Source of the DNA: Candidatus Peribacteraceae bacterium
GTDB taxonomy: Bacteria > Patescibacteriota > Gracilibacteria > Peribacterales > Peribacteraceae
DNA length: 64,000 nucleotides
Assembly: GCA_018061945.1 (NCBI GenBank)
Contig: JAGOTD010000005.1
Span: 2,278-66,277 of the forward strand
Reading direction: 5' to 3'
Shown: in pieces, positions 1-8,000 of the stretch
How the letters are laid out: every line of letters starts with the position of its first letter
Position numbering within the stretch: the stretch's first letter is position 1
Program-made: the position numbers and the translations under genes
Notes under the pieces: model-generated
What the model was told of the DNA's origin: nothing
The model's database searches: none
The model's input: only the letters and a program-made list of their open reading frames with translations

Positions 1-146
1 TGTTGCAGCCGGCATTAAAGGGTATCGAAGAATTGGAGATGTCTCTGCCAGACGTTTTGCCTGCCACCACCATGCAATATCAGCAGCAACATAAGTCTGA
101 TAATTTGACAAGTCATTAAAAAGAGTATATATCGTCTTATACACAT

Positions 147-1121
147 ATGCACACACTCTTTTCCAACCGCAGGAAGTATTATTGGCTTCTTGCTGCTATC
201 CCTTTTATTGTGGGTGCGATTTTTCTGCCGTCACTTCATCAATCGAGCATCAATGCTGCCTCTACTGGCGATTTTATGCAGCAATGTCCGGTTGGCACGC
301 ATCTCACACAGGCGTGTACCAATAGCTATCCTCGTACATGTGGTCCGCTCATTTGTGAGCCAAACTATATTTACAATCCCGATCTCAACCCGCCCTATGA
401 AGCGATTCCTGCACCAACTACAACACAGCCCAGCAGCACCGCTTGTGTAAACGGCAAGCAGACAGTGTGTTATGGCGGCACGCGCGGCTGTGCAGTAATG
501 AGTTGTCTTTCAAGCTCGACGCCCACAACGCCGTATCAGGATCCTCAGCCAACATGTCCGTATGGTCAGACACCAAAGCAGTACTGTTTACTTGGACAAT
601 GCAGCTGGCAGTGCGTCAACAATACCTCGACGACGCCGTATACCAATTATCCGTATTCCACGACACCGACGACTGGTGCCGTATCTTGCTCATTTGGCCT
701 GCAACCAACGACCGAGTGTTTTGGCGGTACGCGCGGCTGTGTAACACGTTGTGTGTTATCGGGCAGTACTCCTACCACTACGACACCGTATCAGGAACCT
801 CAGCCAACATGTCCGTATGGACAGACGCCAAAGCAGTACTGCTTACTTGGACAATGCAGCTGGCAGTGCGTCAACAATACCTCGACACCGCCGTATACCA
901 ATTATCCGTATTCCCAAACACCGACGACGGGTACGACCAGTTGTAGTTTCGGATTGGTGCCGAAAACCGAATGTTTCGGTGGCACGCGTGGTTGTGTAAC
1001 GCGTTGCGCGCTTGCGGGATATCAAACACCTCCACAGTATTATAACAATACGACGCCAACGAATACCTATGGACGCAGATTGGTATGTTTCGGCGGAACG
1101 AGAGGGTGCGTATATCAATAA
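147..1121 (+). CDS. Secreted or membrane-anchored cysteine-rich tandem-repeat protein
   Basis: 324-aa ORF with an N-terminal hydrophobic anchor/signal (YYWLLAAIPFIVGAIFL). It has 26 Cys in repeated 4-Cys modules: C-x-C[YF]GGTRGC-x-C and TCPYGQTPKQYCLLGQCSWQC. The modules are joined by Thr/Pro linkers. A terminator hairpin follows. Confidence 0.8.
   Translation: MHTLFSNRRKYYWLLAAIPFIVGAIFLPSLHQSSINAASTGDFMQQCPVGTHLTQACTNSYPRTCGPLICEPNYIYNPDLNPPYEAIPAPTTTQPSSTACVNGKQTVCYGGTRGCAVMSCLSSSTPTTPYQDPQPTCPYGQTPKQYCLLGQCSWQCVNNTSTTPYTNYPYSTTPTTGAVSCSFGLQPTTECFGGTRGCVTRCVLSGSTPTTTTPYQEPQPTCPYGQTPKQYCLLGQCSWQCVNNTSTPPYTNYPYSQTPTTGTTSCSFGLVPKTECFGGTRGCVTRCALAGYQTPPQYYNNTTPTNTYGRRLVCFGGTRGCVYQ
444..1118 (+). 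repeat. Intragenic tandem repeat, about 255-bp period, about 2.5 units
   Basis: The segment starting ccgtatcagg at 531 recurs at 786 with only a few substitutions over about 130 nt. At protein level the 85-aa units repeat. Confidence 0.85.
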
Positions 1122-1144
1122 ACAATCTTGAGAAATCAGTAAAC

Positions 1145-1171
1145 AAAAAACCCTCCGCGCGGAGGGTTTTT
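1145..1171. terminator. Bidirectional Rho-independent terminator
   Basis: aaaaaa-CCCTCCGCGCGGAGGG-ttttt lies between convergent genes. It is a GC stem flanked by an A-run and a T-run. Confidence 0.8.
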
Positions 1172-1196
1172 ATATTCTTGAAGAAGGAGCGATGGA

Positions 1197-1553
1197 TTAG
1201 CTAGCCGTGATACCTGCGAAGAAGGTGACGATCACGCGAGCGAAGAGAACAACCAGGATACCGACGATAACGTAGATGATGGTCTTCTTGGCTTTGTCTT
1301 TTTCACCTTCATCACCACCCGATACGATGAGGCGGATACCGGCGATGATGACGTAGATGACAGCGATGAGCGTGATAAAATCGAGAACGATTTTTAAGAG
1401 GTTGACGATCGTTGTGCGAATACCGGCTGGATCGCCTGGGCTACAGTCGACACCTGCAGGACACTCTGGTGGCGCAAGAGCTGCCATTGCCTTGATGGCG
1501 TAGAATTGTGACAGCGCAACAGCCGTCGATAGGGATGTAATAATTTTTTTCAT
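1197..1553 (-). CDS. TrbC/VirB2-like mini-pilin (CPR T4SS-pilin type)
   Basis: 118 aa with a signal peptide and a Cys pair (ECPAGVDC). Two TM helices flank the loop GGDEGEKDKAKKTI. This architecture is typical of the T4SS pilin family seen in CPR genomes. Assigned from motifs only. Confidence 0.65.
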   Translation of the reverse strand: MKKIITSLSTAVALSQFYAIKAMAALAPPECPAGVDCSPGDPAGIRTTIVNLLKIVLDFITLIAVIYVIIAGIRLIVSGGDEGEKDKAKKTIIYVIVGILVVLFARVIVTFFAGITAS

Positions 1554-1619
1554 GGAAAAGGGGAGGGAAGATTTCTCTTAGTATTCACGAGAGGCTTGCA
1601 TCTGCGCAAGTTGACATTA

Positions 1620-2204
1620 CTATTCATTGTTGATGAAACCCGCGGCGACAATCAGAATTGCCGGCAGAGAAAACCAGATATCCTGATTGAGTACCATAAT
1701 CTGCATCAGTGGGCTCGACGCAGCAATTGGCACGATAGCTCCCGATGCTGCCATCGTACGGTCGAGAATGGCATTTCCGGCAACATACGTAAGAATAGTG
1801 GAGATAATGAGTCCGGCTGTTCCAAACCCAAAAATCGTTGTGTAGAGAATGTTCATCAGCGAGCCGGCTTCTTTTGTATACGTAATATGAATACCGCTGC
1901 GTAGAGACAGTAAAATAATAAATGCTGCGAAAATGCCGATCTTCAGCGCCGAAATAATACTCACGCTAAACGTGAGATCGAGAATTTGAATATTGTTGAG
2001 TGACGAACCGGCCAGTCGCAGTATGACGTTACCGATTCCTTGCGTTGCGATAATCGAAATGTACGCAGCAACCATCACGCGGATCGACTGATTGCGACCG
2101 ATGATAAAACTGTAGGACATCACAATCGCAAAGAAGACGATGATCACAAGGTCCCAACTGAGTGTGACGTTTACTGGGGGCATGGAGGGTATGGTAGCGT
2201 GCAT
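1620..2204 (-). CDS. Multi-pass membrane protein, function unknown
   Basis: The ORF is hydrophobic throughout. The track start at 2315 would translate the word-repeat element (RITNREVRSTIRNSKF), so the start was moved to the ATG at 2204 (MHATIPS...). Confidence 0.7.
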   Translation of the reverse strand: MHATIPSMPPVNVTLSWDLVIIVFFAIVMSYSFIIGRNQSIRVMVAAYISIIATQGIGNVILRLAGSSLNNIQILDLTFSVSIISALKIGIFAAFIILLSLRSGIHITYTKEAGSLMNILYTTIFGFGTAGLIISTILTYVAGNAILDRTMAASGAIVPIAASSPLMQIMVLNQDIWFSLPAILIVAAGFINNE

Positions 2205-2240
2205 GACGGATCGTCGTCCAATGAAGCGACATGCGTGAAG

Positions 2241-2305
2241 CGAATTACGAAGTACGAATTTCGAATTACGAATCGTACTTCGTACTTCGCGATTCGTAAT
2301 TCGTG
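2241..2305. repeat. Word-array palindrome, family A (TACGAA/TTCGTA words)
   Basis: cgaattacgaagtacgaatttcgaattacgaat is followed by its approximate reverse complement cgtacttcgtacttcgcgattcgtaattcg. It lies between divergent genes. Confidence 0.85.
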
Positions 2306-2357
2306 TAGGTTTCAACCTTACCTACCGCCAAACATCGCTCCTCGCTATACTTGAGCC

Positions 2358-3224
2358 ATGCGGCATGGTTTTCTTCTCATCGACAAGCCCGTTGGGCCGA
2401 CAAGCCACGATATAGTGGCGCAGCTTCGGCGTCTGTTGAGTGAGCAAAAGATGGGACACTTGGGCACACTCGATCCGCAGGCGAGCGGACTTTTGGTTGT
2501 GGCAGTTGGCAGCAAAGCGCTCAAGGTCGTCGATTTGTTTAAGACACTCACGAAAGAATACATCGCAGAAGTGCATTTGGGAGCCGAGAGCACAACCTAC
2601 GATTTCGAAGGCAGTATTACACAAACACAACTCAAGCCAGGTTGGCAGCAGCCAGCCGATAGCTCGCGTATTCAAACACTCATTGCCGAAAGATTCCTCG
2701 GGAAAATAGAGCAGCGTCCGCCGCAGTTTTCCGCGCTCAACATAAGTGGCAAGCGCGCGTACGAATTGGCACGCGAAGGCAAGCAGGTAGAAATGCCGCT
2801 GCGCGAAGTGCAGATTTCGCAATGCGATATTCTGTCGTACAACTATCCAAAATTATCGCTACAAGTTGCGTGTAGTTCTGGCACCTATATACGTTCGCTC
2901 GCGCACGATATTGGTATCGCTCTTCGGTGTGGCGGTTATCTCTCCGCTCTTCGTCGGACGAAAGTAGGGAAGTGGAAAATCGAGAAAGCCATTGCTCCCA
3001 AAGATGCTGTGTGGACATCGGTTGTTCCTCTCAAAGAAATTTTGTCTGATTTTCCTCGGCGCGATTTATCGGCAGACGAATGGAAAGAAATCGACTTTGG
3101 TCGCACGATTAAAGGTGATGTTGGAACTGATTCACTTATCGGTTGGGTCGATGATCTGCCAGTTGTGATCTTGGAAGCGAGCAGCAAGCAAGCAGGAATG
3201 CTGAAGGCGAGGAAGGTGTTGTAG
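2358..3224 (+). CDS. truB: tRNA pseudouridine(55) synthase TruB
   Basis: The N-terminus GFLLIDKPVGPTSHDIV and the catalytic motif GHLGTLDPQASGLL are both present. Length is 288 aa. Confidence 0.9.
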   Translation: MRHGFLLIDKPVGPTSHDIVAQLRRLLSEQKMGHLGTLDPQASGLLVVAVGSKALKVVDLFKTLTKEYIAEVHLGAESTTYDFEGSITQTQLKPGWQQPADSSRIQTLIAERFLGKIEQRPPQFSALNISGKRAYELAREGKQVEMPLREVQISQCDILSYNYPKLSLQVACSSGTYIRSLAHDIGIALRCGGYLSALRRTKVGKWKIEKAIAPKDAVWTSVVPLKEILSDFPRRDLSADEWKEIDFGRTIKGDVGTDSLIGWVDDLPVVILEASSKQAGMLKARKVL

Positions 3225-3227
3225 AAA

Positions 3228-3266
3228 GGACTCAGATGACTCAAAAGACTCAGAGGACTCAAAGGA
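3228..3266. repeat. Word array, family B (GACTCA 9-nt words), single arm
   Basis: ggactcagat gactcaaaa gactcagag gactcaaag ga: four tandem degenerate 9-mers. Confidence 0.85.
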
Positions 3267-3370
3267 TAGTAGATGCAAATATAAAAAGGGAGCGGGATGC
3301 TTCCCGCGGTCGACTTCTTATGCAAAGAAGTCTTGTCTTATCAGCTATTGATTGAAGACATGTTATGTAA

Positions 3371-3393
3371 GGGGCTGTCGTTATGACAGCCCC
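3371..3393. terminator. Hairpin terminator candidate between convergent genes
   Basis: GGGGCTGTC-gttat-GACAGCCCC followed by tcttgttattt. Two weaker hairpins lie just upstream, at about 3289-3335. Confidence 0.6.
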
Positions 3394-3398
3394 TCTTG

Positions 3399-3767
3399 TT
3401 ATTTCAAGCAATCTTCAAGTCGCTTGAAATATGTTTGCGCTCCTTCTGCCTGTTCCAGGCTCAGCTCTTCGCCGAGATATCGAGAGAGGACATGAATGCA
3501 AGACACGGCTCCGCGGTGTTGTCGTGTTGGTCTGTGCTTCATCACGCAGGGCAACGAAGGCTGATTGTTGCCGAGAATCGAGATGGGATACTCGGCAATC
3601 ATCAGTTCATTTTGCAGAATGAAGCAGAAGAGAAAATGATCGTGTTCTCGAACAAGAACGTGAGTTCCACTGAGGAATTTCTCATCTTGCTTCGCAACGG
3701 AAGCTTGTTGCTTCAGCATGTCGATACATTGCTTGCAAGCAGCGAGAACATACGCTGTCTTTTGCAT
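3399..3767 (-). CDS. Hypothetical protein
   Basis: 122-aa ORF with an AAGAGG Shine-Dalgarno 5 nt upstream of its ATG. It was preferred over the overlapping + strand ORF, which has no RBS and an odd composition. Confidence 0.55.
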   Translation of the reverse strand: MQKTAYVLAACKQCIDMLKQQASVAKQDEKFLSGTHVLVREHDHFLFCFILQNELMIAEYPISILGNNQPSLPCVMKHRPTRQHRGAVSCIHVLSRYLGEELSLEQAEGAQTYFKRLEDCLK

Positions 3768-3891
3768 GATGACCTCTTGGAAGGTGCAGTGGTTGTAAAG
3801 AGCGCTCGTAAAAGGTATTCGTAAGTCTATGGCGTGTTAAATTTCCTCGTCCTATTGTCATTTATGGGACAAAATGTCATATTTATGACAT

Positions 3892-4539
3892 ATGATGAAA
3901 GTTTCAGATGCGGTACGAGATGTTCTTCGCTCATCGCCTTTTGAATACATGGTGTTGCAAAACAGCCAATTGAATCTGTCTGCATTTGCTGCTTCTATTC
4001 ACAAAAAAATTGAAGATACGACGAAAAAGCCAGTGAAGATCAGTACGATTATTACGGCACTTTCGCGGATACGTCGATCGTCTGCTCGCGATGCATCACT
4101 GCTACCAAATGTTCATATTGATGATATTGCTGCAAAAGCAGGATTGATGGAAATGTCGTTTGAGAAAACACGTGAATCGCTCCTGGCTCTCCAGAAGTTT
4201 TCGCGTCGCAAAATAGACTCATCAGAATTTTTTATGATCACACAGGGAGTTGCAGAAATCACATTGATTGTTCCTCAGCAATGGGAAGCGTCCATACGAT
4301 CATGTTTTCATGGGGTTGCTCTGAAAATTATGGTGCCCAATCTTGCGAGTCTCACTATTCGATTTCATGAAAGATACATGACCGAACCCAATATGTTTTT
4401 TGCGATTCTCTCCAAATTTGCCATGGATAGGATGGAAATTGTCGAAATGGTATCCACGTTCACCGAGATTAATTTTATTCTTCACGAGAAAGATGTGGAG
4501 CGTGCATTCGGGATTTTGAGAAGCTTCTTATCCAGATGA
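3892..4539 (+). CDS. Hypothetical protein (possible C-terminal ACT-like fold)
   Basis: 215-aa ORF with ordinary composition. No family motif was recognised with certainty. Confidence 0.65.
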   Translation: MMKVSDAVRDVLRSSPFEYMVLQNSQLNLSAFAASIHKKIEDTTKKPVKISTIITALSRIRRSSARDASLLPNVHIDDIAAKAGLMEMSFEKTRESLLALQKFSRRKIDSSEFFMITQGVAEITLIVPQQWEASIRSCFHGVALKIMVPNLASLTIRFHERYMTEPNMFFAILSKFAMDRMEIVEMVSTFTEINFILHEKDVERAFGILRSFLSR

Positions 4540-4610
4540 ATTACCGAGAAGAGGCAGTTACTATTGATGATAACTTGTTTCTTTGGTAACGTTTGCCAGC
4601 TTTCCAGCGT

Positions 4611-4686
4611 GGATCGGTAGCTCAGTTGGTAGAGCAGGAGACTCTTAATCTCTTGGTCGTGGGTTCAAATCCCACCCGATCCACCA
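4611..4686 (+). tRNA. tRNA-Lys (anticodon CTT)
   Basis: Manual cloverleaf. Acceptor is GGATCGG/CCGATCC. D arm is GCTC-AGTTGGTA-GAGC. Anticodon stem is GGAGA/TCTCT with loop CTCTTAA. T arm is GTGGG-TTCAAAT-CCCAC. CCA is encoded. Confidence 0.9.
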
Positions 4687-4748
4687 TTCGTCGCTTTGCT
4701 CCTCATGGCAAGCCACGATCTTCAAGCTTGCCCTGAGCATACGAAGGG

Positions 4749-4769
4749 TCCCACCCGATCCACCATTCG
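4749..4769 (+). repeat. Direct repeat of the tRNA-Lys 3' end
   Basis: tcccacccgatccaccattcg at 4670-4690 recurs exactly at 4749-4769, an offset of 79 nt. Confidence 0.85.
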
Positions 4770-4808
4770 ACTCACTTCGTTCACTCATGGTCTACGACTT
4801 TTTACAAT

Positions 4809-5588
4809 ATGCAACAAACAGCTCTCATCACCGGTGCATCGAGTGGCATGGGGAAAGATTTTGCTCATCTATTGGCGCAGCGCGGTTTCGATGTCGTGCT
4901 TGTGGCGCGTAGTGCCGATGTGCTCGAACAAGTCGCTGCAGATATTCGTGCCACTTACAAAGTACAAGCGGATGTCTTGCCGTTTGATTTATCCAAGCCG
5001 GAAAGCGCCGATCAACTTGTCGCTGAATTGGCCAAGAGATCGATTGCCATCACCACGCTCATCAACAATGCCGGCTTTGCTACGTATGGCGAATTTGCTC
5101 AGATCGATTGGAAGCAGCAACAGTCACTCATCGCTTTGAACATCACGTGTCTCACACATCTCACGCGTTTGCTTTTGCCCCCAATGATCACGCAAAAGAG
5201 GGGATACATTTTAAACGTCGCATCGACGGCTGCGTTTCAGCCAGGTCCTCTGCTTGCAACCTATTACGCGAGCAAGTCATACGTTCTCTCGTTTTCGGTT
5301 GCGTTGCGACAGGAAGTTTTGGGTACTGGTGTGCATGTCACAACGCTTTGTCCGGGGCCGACAAAAACGGGTTTTGAACATCGGGCTGGCCTGGAAGTAT
5401 CTAAACTGTTTCGTGGTGGCGTCATGGCATCTTTGCCTGTGGCAGAGGCAGGTATACATGGACTGATGACTAATCGAGCCGTGGTCATACCTGGATTTCG
5501 CAATCGATTGGTCAGTTTTGCTCAGCGATTTACCTCGTATGCGTTTGCTGCGCGAGTGGTGCAGAGAATGCAGGAAAAACAGGCATAA
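4809..5588 (+). CDS. SDR-family short-chain dehydrogenase/reductase
   Basis: TGASSGMGKD matches the TGxxxGxG cofactor motif. NNAG and the catalytic YASKSY (YxxxK) are also present. Confidence 0.85.
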   Translation: MQQTALITGASSGMGKDFAHLLAQRGFDVVLVARSADVLEQVAADIRATYKVQADVLPFDLSKPESADQLVAELAKRSIAITTLINNAGFATYGEFAQIDWKQQQSLIALNITCLTHLTRLLLPPMITQKRGYILNVASTAAFQPGPLLATYYASKSYVLSFSVALRQEVLGTGVHVTTLCPGPTKTGFEHRAGLEVSKLFRGGVMASLPVAEAGIHGLMTNRAVVIPGFRNRLVSFAQRFTSYAFAARVVQRMQEKQA

Positions 5589-5667
5589 ACCTAATCTTGT
5601 CAAAAAATCGCTTGCGTCAAATGTCATTCCAATTATACTTCGCGCATTATTTTCCTCTCTCTTTCTT

Positions 5668-5826
5668 ATGAGCATGGATCTCCTCCTACTCGCACAAAAC
5701 AGCTACGGACCTGGTGACGACGATGACGACGATGAAAGCGACGGTTTTGACGACGACGAAGATGACACTGTTGTAAGCGGAGACGAAGATGAGGATGATG
5801 ATTTGAACGGTGTCAACCAGCTGTAA
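5668..5826 (+). CDS. Possible small highly acidic protein
   Basis: 52-aa ORF MSMDLLLLAQNSYGPGDDDDDDESDGFDDDEDD... It may instead be a chance ORF in a GA-rich tract. Confidence 0.3.
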   Translation: MSMDLLLLAQNSYGPGDDDDDDESDGFDDDEDDTVVSGDEDEDDDLNGVNQL

Positions 5827-5844
5827 TATAGCTGCGCATGCCAA

Positions 5845-5865
5845 AAATACTACTCAGTAGTATTT
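5845..5865 (-). terminator. Terminator of the GT-like gene
   Basis: AAATACTAC-tca-GTAGTATTT is followed on the minus strand by a T-run, about 35 nt after the stop. Confidence 0.55.
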
Positions 5866-5899
5866 GATTGATGCGACGAAGAAGCGAGCCATACGCTGT

Positions 5900-6529
5900 T
5901 TACTCGGCGTTGGCTTCTTCCGTTTGTGCGGATTCCATCGCATGGCGCTGAATAGTGCGCCAGTCGTAGGGGAACTTAAACGTTTCGAGGGCACGGACGA
6001 GAGTAGCAAAGCACTGCCACTTGGTCACTTTGTCGTAAAGGAAGGCATTGCCCGTTTCCTGAACCGGATTGTAATTTTCCAGTTTCGCCATAGCGGGAGC
6101 CACCGGGATCACGCCGTAGCGGAGTGCATCTTCTACTGCATTCGGGTCTTGTGTCGGGCTCAAAAACAGCGCGATGTCTGATGCGGCAAGCATTTTGCGC
6201 AGGCCGATGTCGGTATCTGCCACGATTTTCATTTTGTACGAAGCGCCTTTGGCGAGCTTGGTGAACATGTCGCCATATTTATTTGATCCACGACCGCGAA
6301 TGAGAAGTCCGATTGGCAGTTCCAAAAGACCTTCGAGCAATTGTTCAAGGAGTGGGCCGCCGAGTGCGTCGGTCATGCCGGTCGAAATACACACAATTGG
6401 TTGCTTTGGTTCGGCAATCCAACCAATCTCTTCCTGCAGAGCTGTTTTGTTCTCCATCTTATGCTCGATTGTGCGAGCAGAGTACTTGCGCACAATTTTA
6501 TTATCGTACGCGGGCGAGAGAGGGGACAT
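5900..6529 (-). CDS. Glycogen/starch-synthase-like GT-B C-terminal domain protein (stand-alone, degenerate)
   Basis: NKTALQEEIGW...PIVC...RYGVIPVA...GNAFLY...AM aligns by eye to the C-terminal half of GlgA. No N-terminal domain is present, and the SRFEPCG-type catalytic segment is replaced. Confidence 0.6.
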   Translation of the reverse strand: MSPLSPAYDNKIVRKYSARTIEHKMENKTALQEEIGWIAEPKQPIVCISTGMTDALGGPLLEQLLEGLLELPIGLLIRGRGSNKYGDMFTKLAKGASYKMKIVADTDIGLRKMLAASDIALFLSPTQDPNAVEDALRYGVIPVAPAMAKLENYNPVQETGNAFLYDKVTKWQCFATLVRALETFKFPYDWRTIQRHAMESAQTEEANAE

Positions 6530-6635
6530 GGGGGTGTTTGTGTGAAGTTATCCACTTATTATAGCGGAAAAATGGGTTTTTCTGAAGGGAGCAGGAGTTG
6601 ACAGGATTGTATGAGGTTTTTTAATAATATTAATG

Positions 6636-6740
6636 AAATTCGAAGATCAAAGAGCCAAGCACGAAACAAGATCGAATTTCGAATTTTCAAATTAGAATTT
6701 GTCTCGGATTTAGTATTTTGATCTTCGTGCTTTCTTCGTC
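6636..6740. repeat. Word-array palindrome, family F
   Basis: cgaagatcaaagagcc...gaatttgtctcggatttagtattttgatcttcg. Related copies lie at 21990-22050 and 56176-56270. Confidence 0.7.
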
Positions 6741-6765
6741 TCTACTCCTTCGATAAGCTTCTGTC

Positions 6766-7746
6766 ATGCAGCACCTCGTCATCATCGATGGACATCACCT
6801 TATGTATCGCGCGTACTGGGCGATTCCGCGGACGATGAAAACATCCAGGGGCGAGCAAGTGAATGCGGTGTTTGGTGTGGCGTCCATGCTGATGCAGATT
6901 TTGCGTACCGAGCAGCCGGATGCACTGCTGTTTTGTTTCGATGCTGGTGATGAGACATTTCGACATAAAGAATATGGGGAATACAAAGCCGGACGCAGCA
7001 AAACACCCGACGATTTCTACGTGCAGATTCCGCGTATTCACGAACTGATTGCGCATTTCGGTTTGCCGAGCGTCGAAGGCAGCGAATACGAAGCCGACGA
7101 CTTTGCCTGTACGTACGCCAAAATCGCGGCAGAAAGCGGCGCGCGCGTTACACTTGTATCCGGTGACCGCGATCTCTTTCAGCTGCCCACCGATTTGATC
7201 CGTGTTGCCGTGCCACATAAAGGCTACCAAATGCCCGAATATTTTACGCCAGACCACGTGTACGCCAAATTTGGTGTTACACCACTCCAGATTCCTTCCT
7301 ATAAGGGGCTTGTGGGCGATTCATCCGATAACTTGCCAGGTGTCACAGGCATTGGTCCCAAGGCCGCGACAGTCCTTATTCAGCAATATGGGAGTATAGC
7401 CGAGATCTACAATCATCTTGCCGATATCAAGCCGTCGTGGCGCGCAAAGCTGGAAGCTGGGCGCGAGCAGGCATTTTTCTGTGAGCGTATGGCCCGTCTT
7501 AAGTGCGATATTCCCGATACGCTTCCGCTCAGCAACCTGATCATCAGTCCGTTTCATCACACCGAAATCCTCGCATTCTTTAGCGAATTGGAGTTTCATC
7601 TGCTGTCGAAGCGCTTAACCGCGTTTCTAGCTTCTCCGGCAGGGGAGCGCTACAGTTTTGAGAAGATTTTTGCCGATGTTTCGCCTAGTCCGCTACTGGC
7701 CACTCCAGAAAAAGATGATGAAGTAACACAACTTTCTTTGCTGTAG
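6766..7746 (+). CDS. Stand-alone 5'-3' exonuclease (Pol I N-terminal/FEN-like)
   Basis: LVIIDGHHLMYRAY, YEADD, SGDRDLFQL and the H3TH motif GDSSDNLPGVTGIGPKAA are all present. There is no polymerase domain. Confidence 0.9.
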   Translation: MQHLVIIDGHHLMYRAYWAIPRTMKTSRGEQVNAVFGVASMLMQILRTEQPDALLFCFDAGDETFRHKEYGEYKAGRSKTPDDFYVQIPRIHELIAHFGLPSVEGSEYEADDFACTYAKIAAESGARVTLVSGDRDLFQLPTDLIRVAVPHKGYQMPEYFTPDHVYAKFGVTPLQIPSYKGLVGDSSDNLPGVTGIGPKAATVLIQQYGSIAEIYNHLADIKPSWRAKLEAGREQAFFCERMARLKCDIPDTLPLSNLIISPFHHTEILAFFSELEFHLLSKRLTAFLASPAGERYSFEKIFADVSPSPLLATPEKDDEVTQLSLL

Positions 7747-8000
7747 TACAAGCCATAGTACAGTTATTGTGTTCAGTCATTTTTCGATGAACACAAAATG
7801 TGAAATCTCGTGCTTTTTTTCAACACGTATCGCGAAGATGCTATACTTCTAAGCCTTCGTTTTTCATGTATTTTGTATACGAAACGTGCTCAAGAGCCTA
7901 TTGAGCCCTAGAGCAAGACTCTCTACACTGCAATCTGTCTTCTGGATGCCTCTTTCAAACGTCGCTTCCTTCCCTTCCATCCCTTCACCAAAATCCCATC

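Noticed and set aside
3-119. Possible 3' end of a + strand gene entering from the left edge (..LPATTMQYQQQHKSDNLTSH*)
   Set aside because: Only 38 codons are visible and there is no motif, so it cannot be distinguished from a chance open frame.
444-1118. Diversity-generating retroelement (template/variable repeat) explanation for the near-identical repeats
   Set aside because: Differences between the copies are not adenine-specific, both copies are in the same ORF, and there is no reverse transcriptase in the window.
3396-3824. 142-aa + strand ORF overlapping the 122-aa - strand ORF
   Set aside because: It has no Shine-Dalgarno and an unusual composition. The - strand ORF has AAGAGG 5 nt upstream of its ATG, and only one of the two can be real.
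4696-5139. 147-aa + strand ORF starting right after tRNA-Lys
   Set aside because: It reads through the duplicated tRNA end and the hairpin, then runs out of frame over the SDR gene. The SDR gene's motifs fix the real frame.
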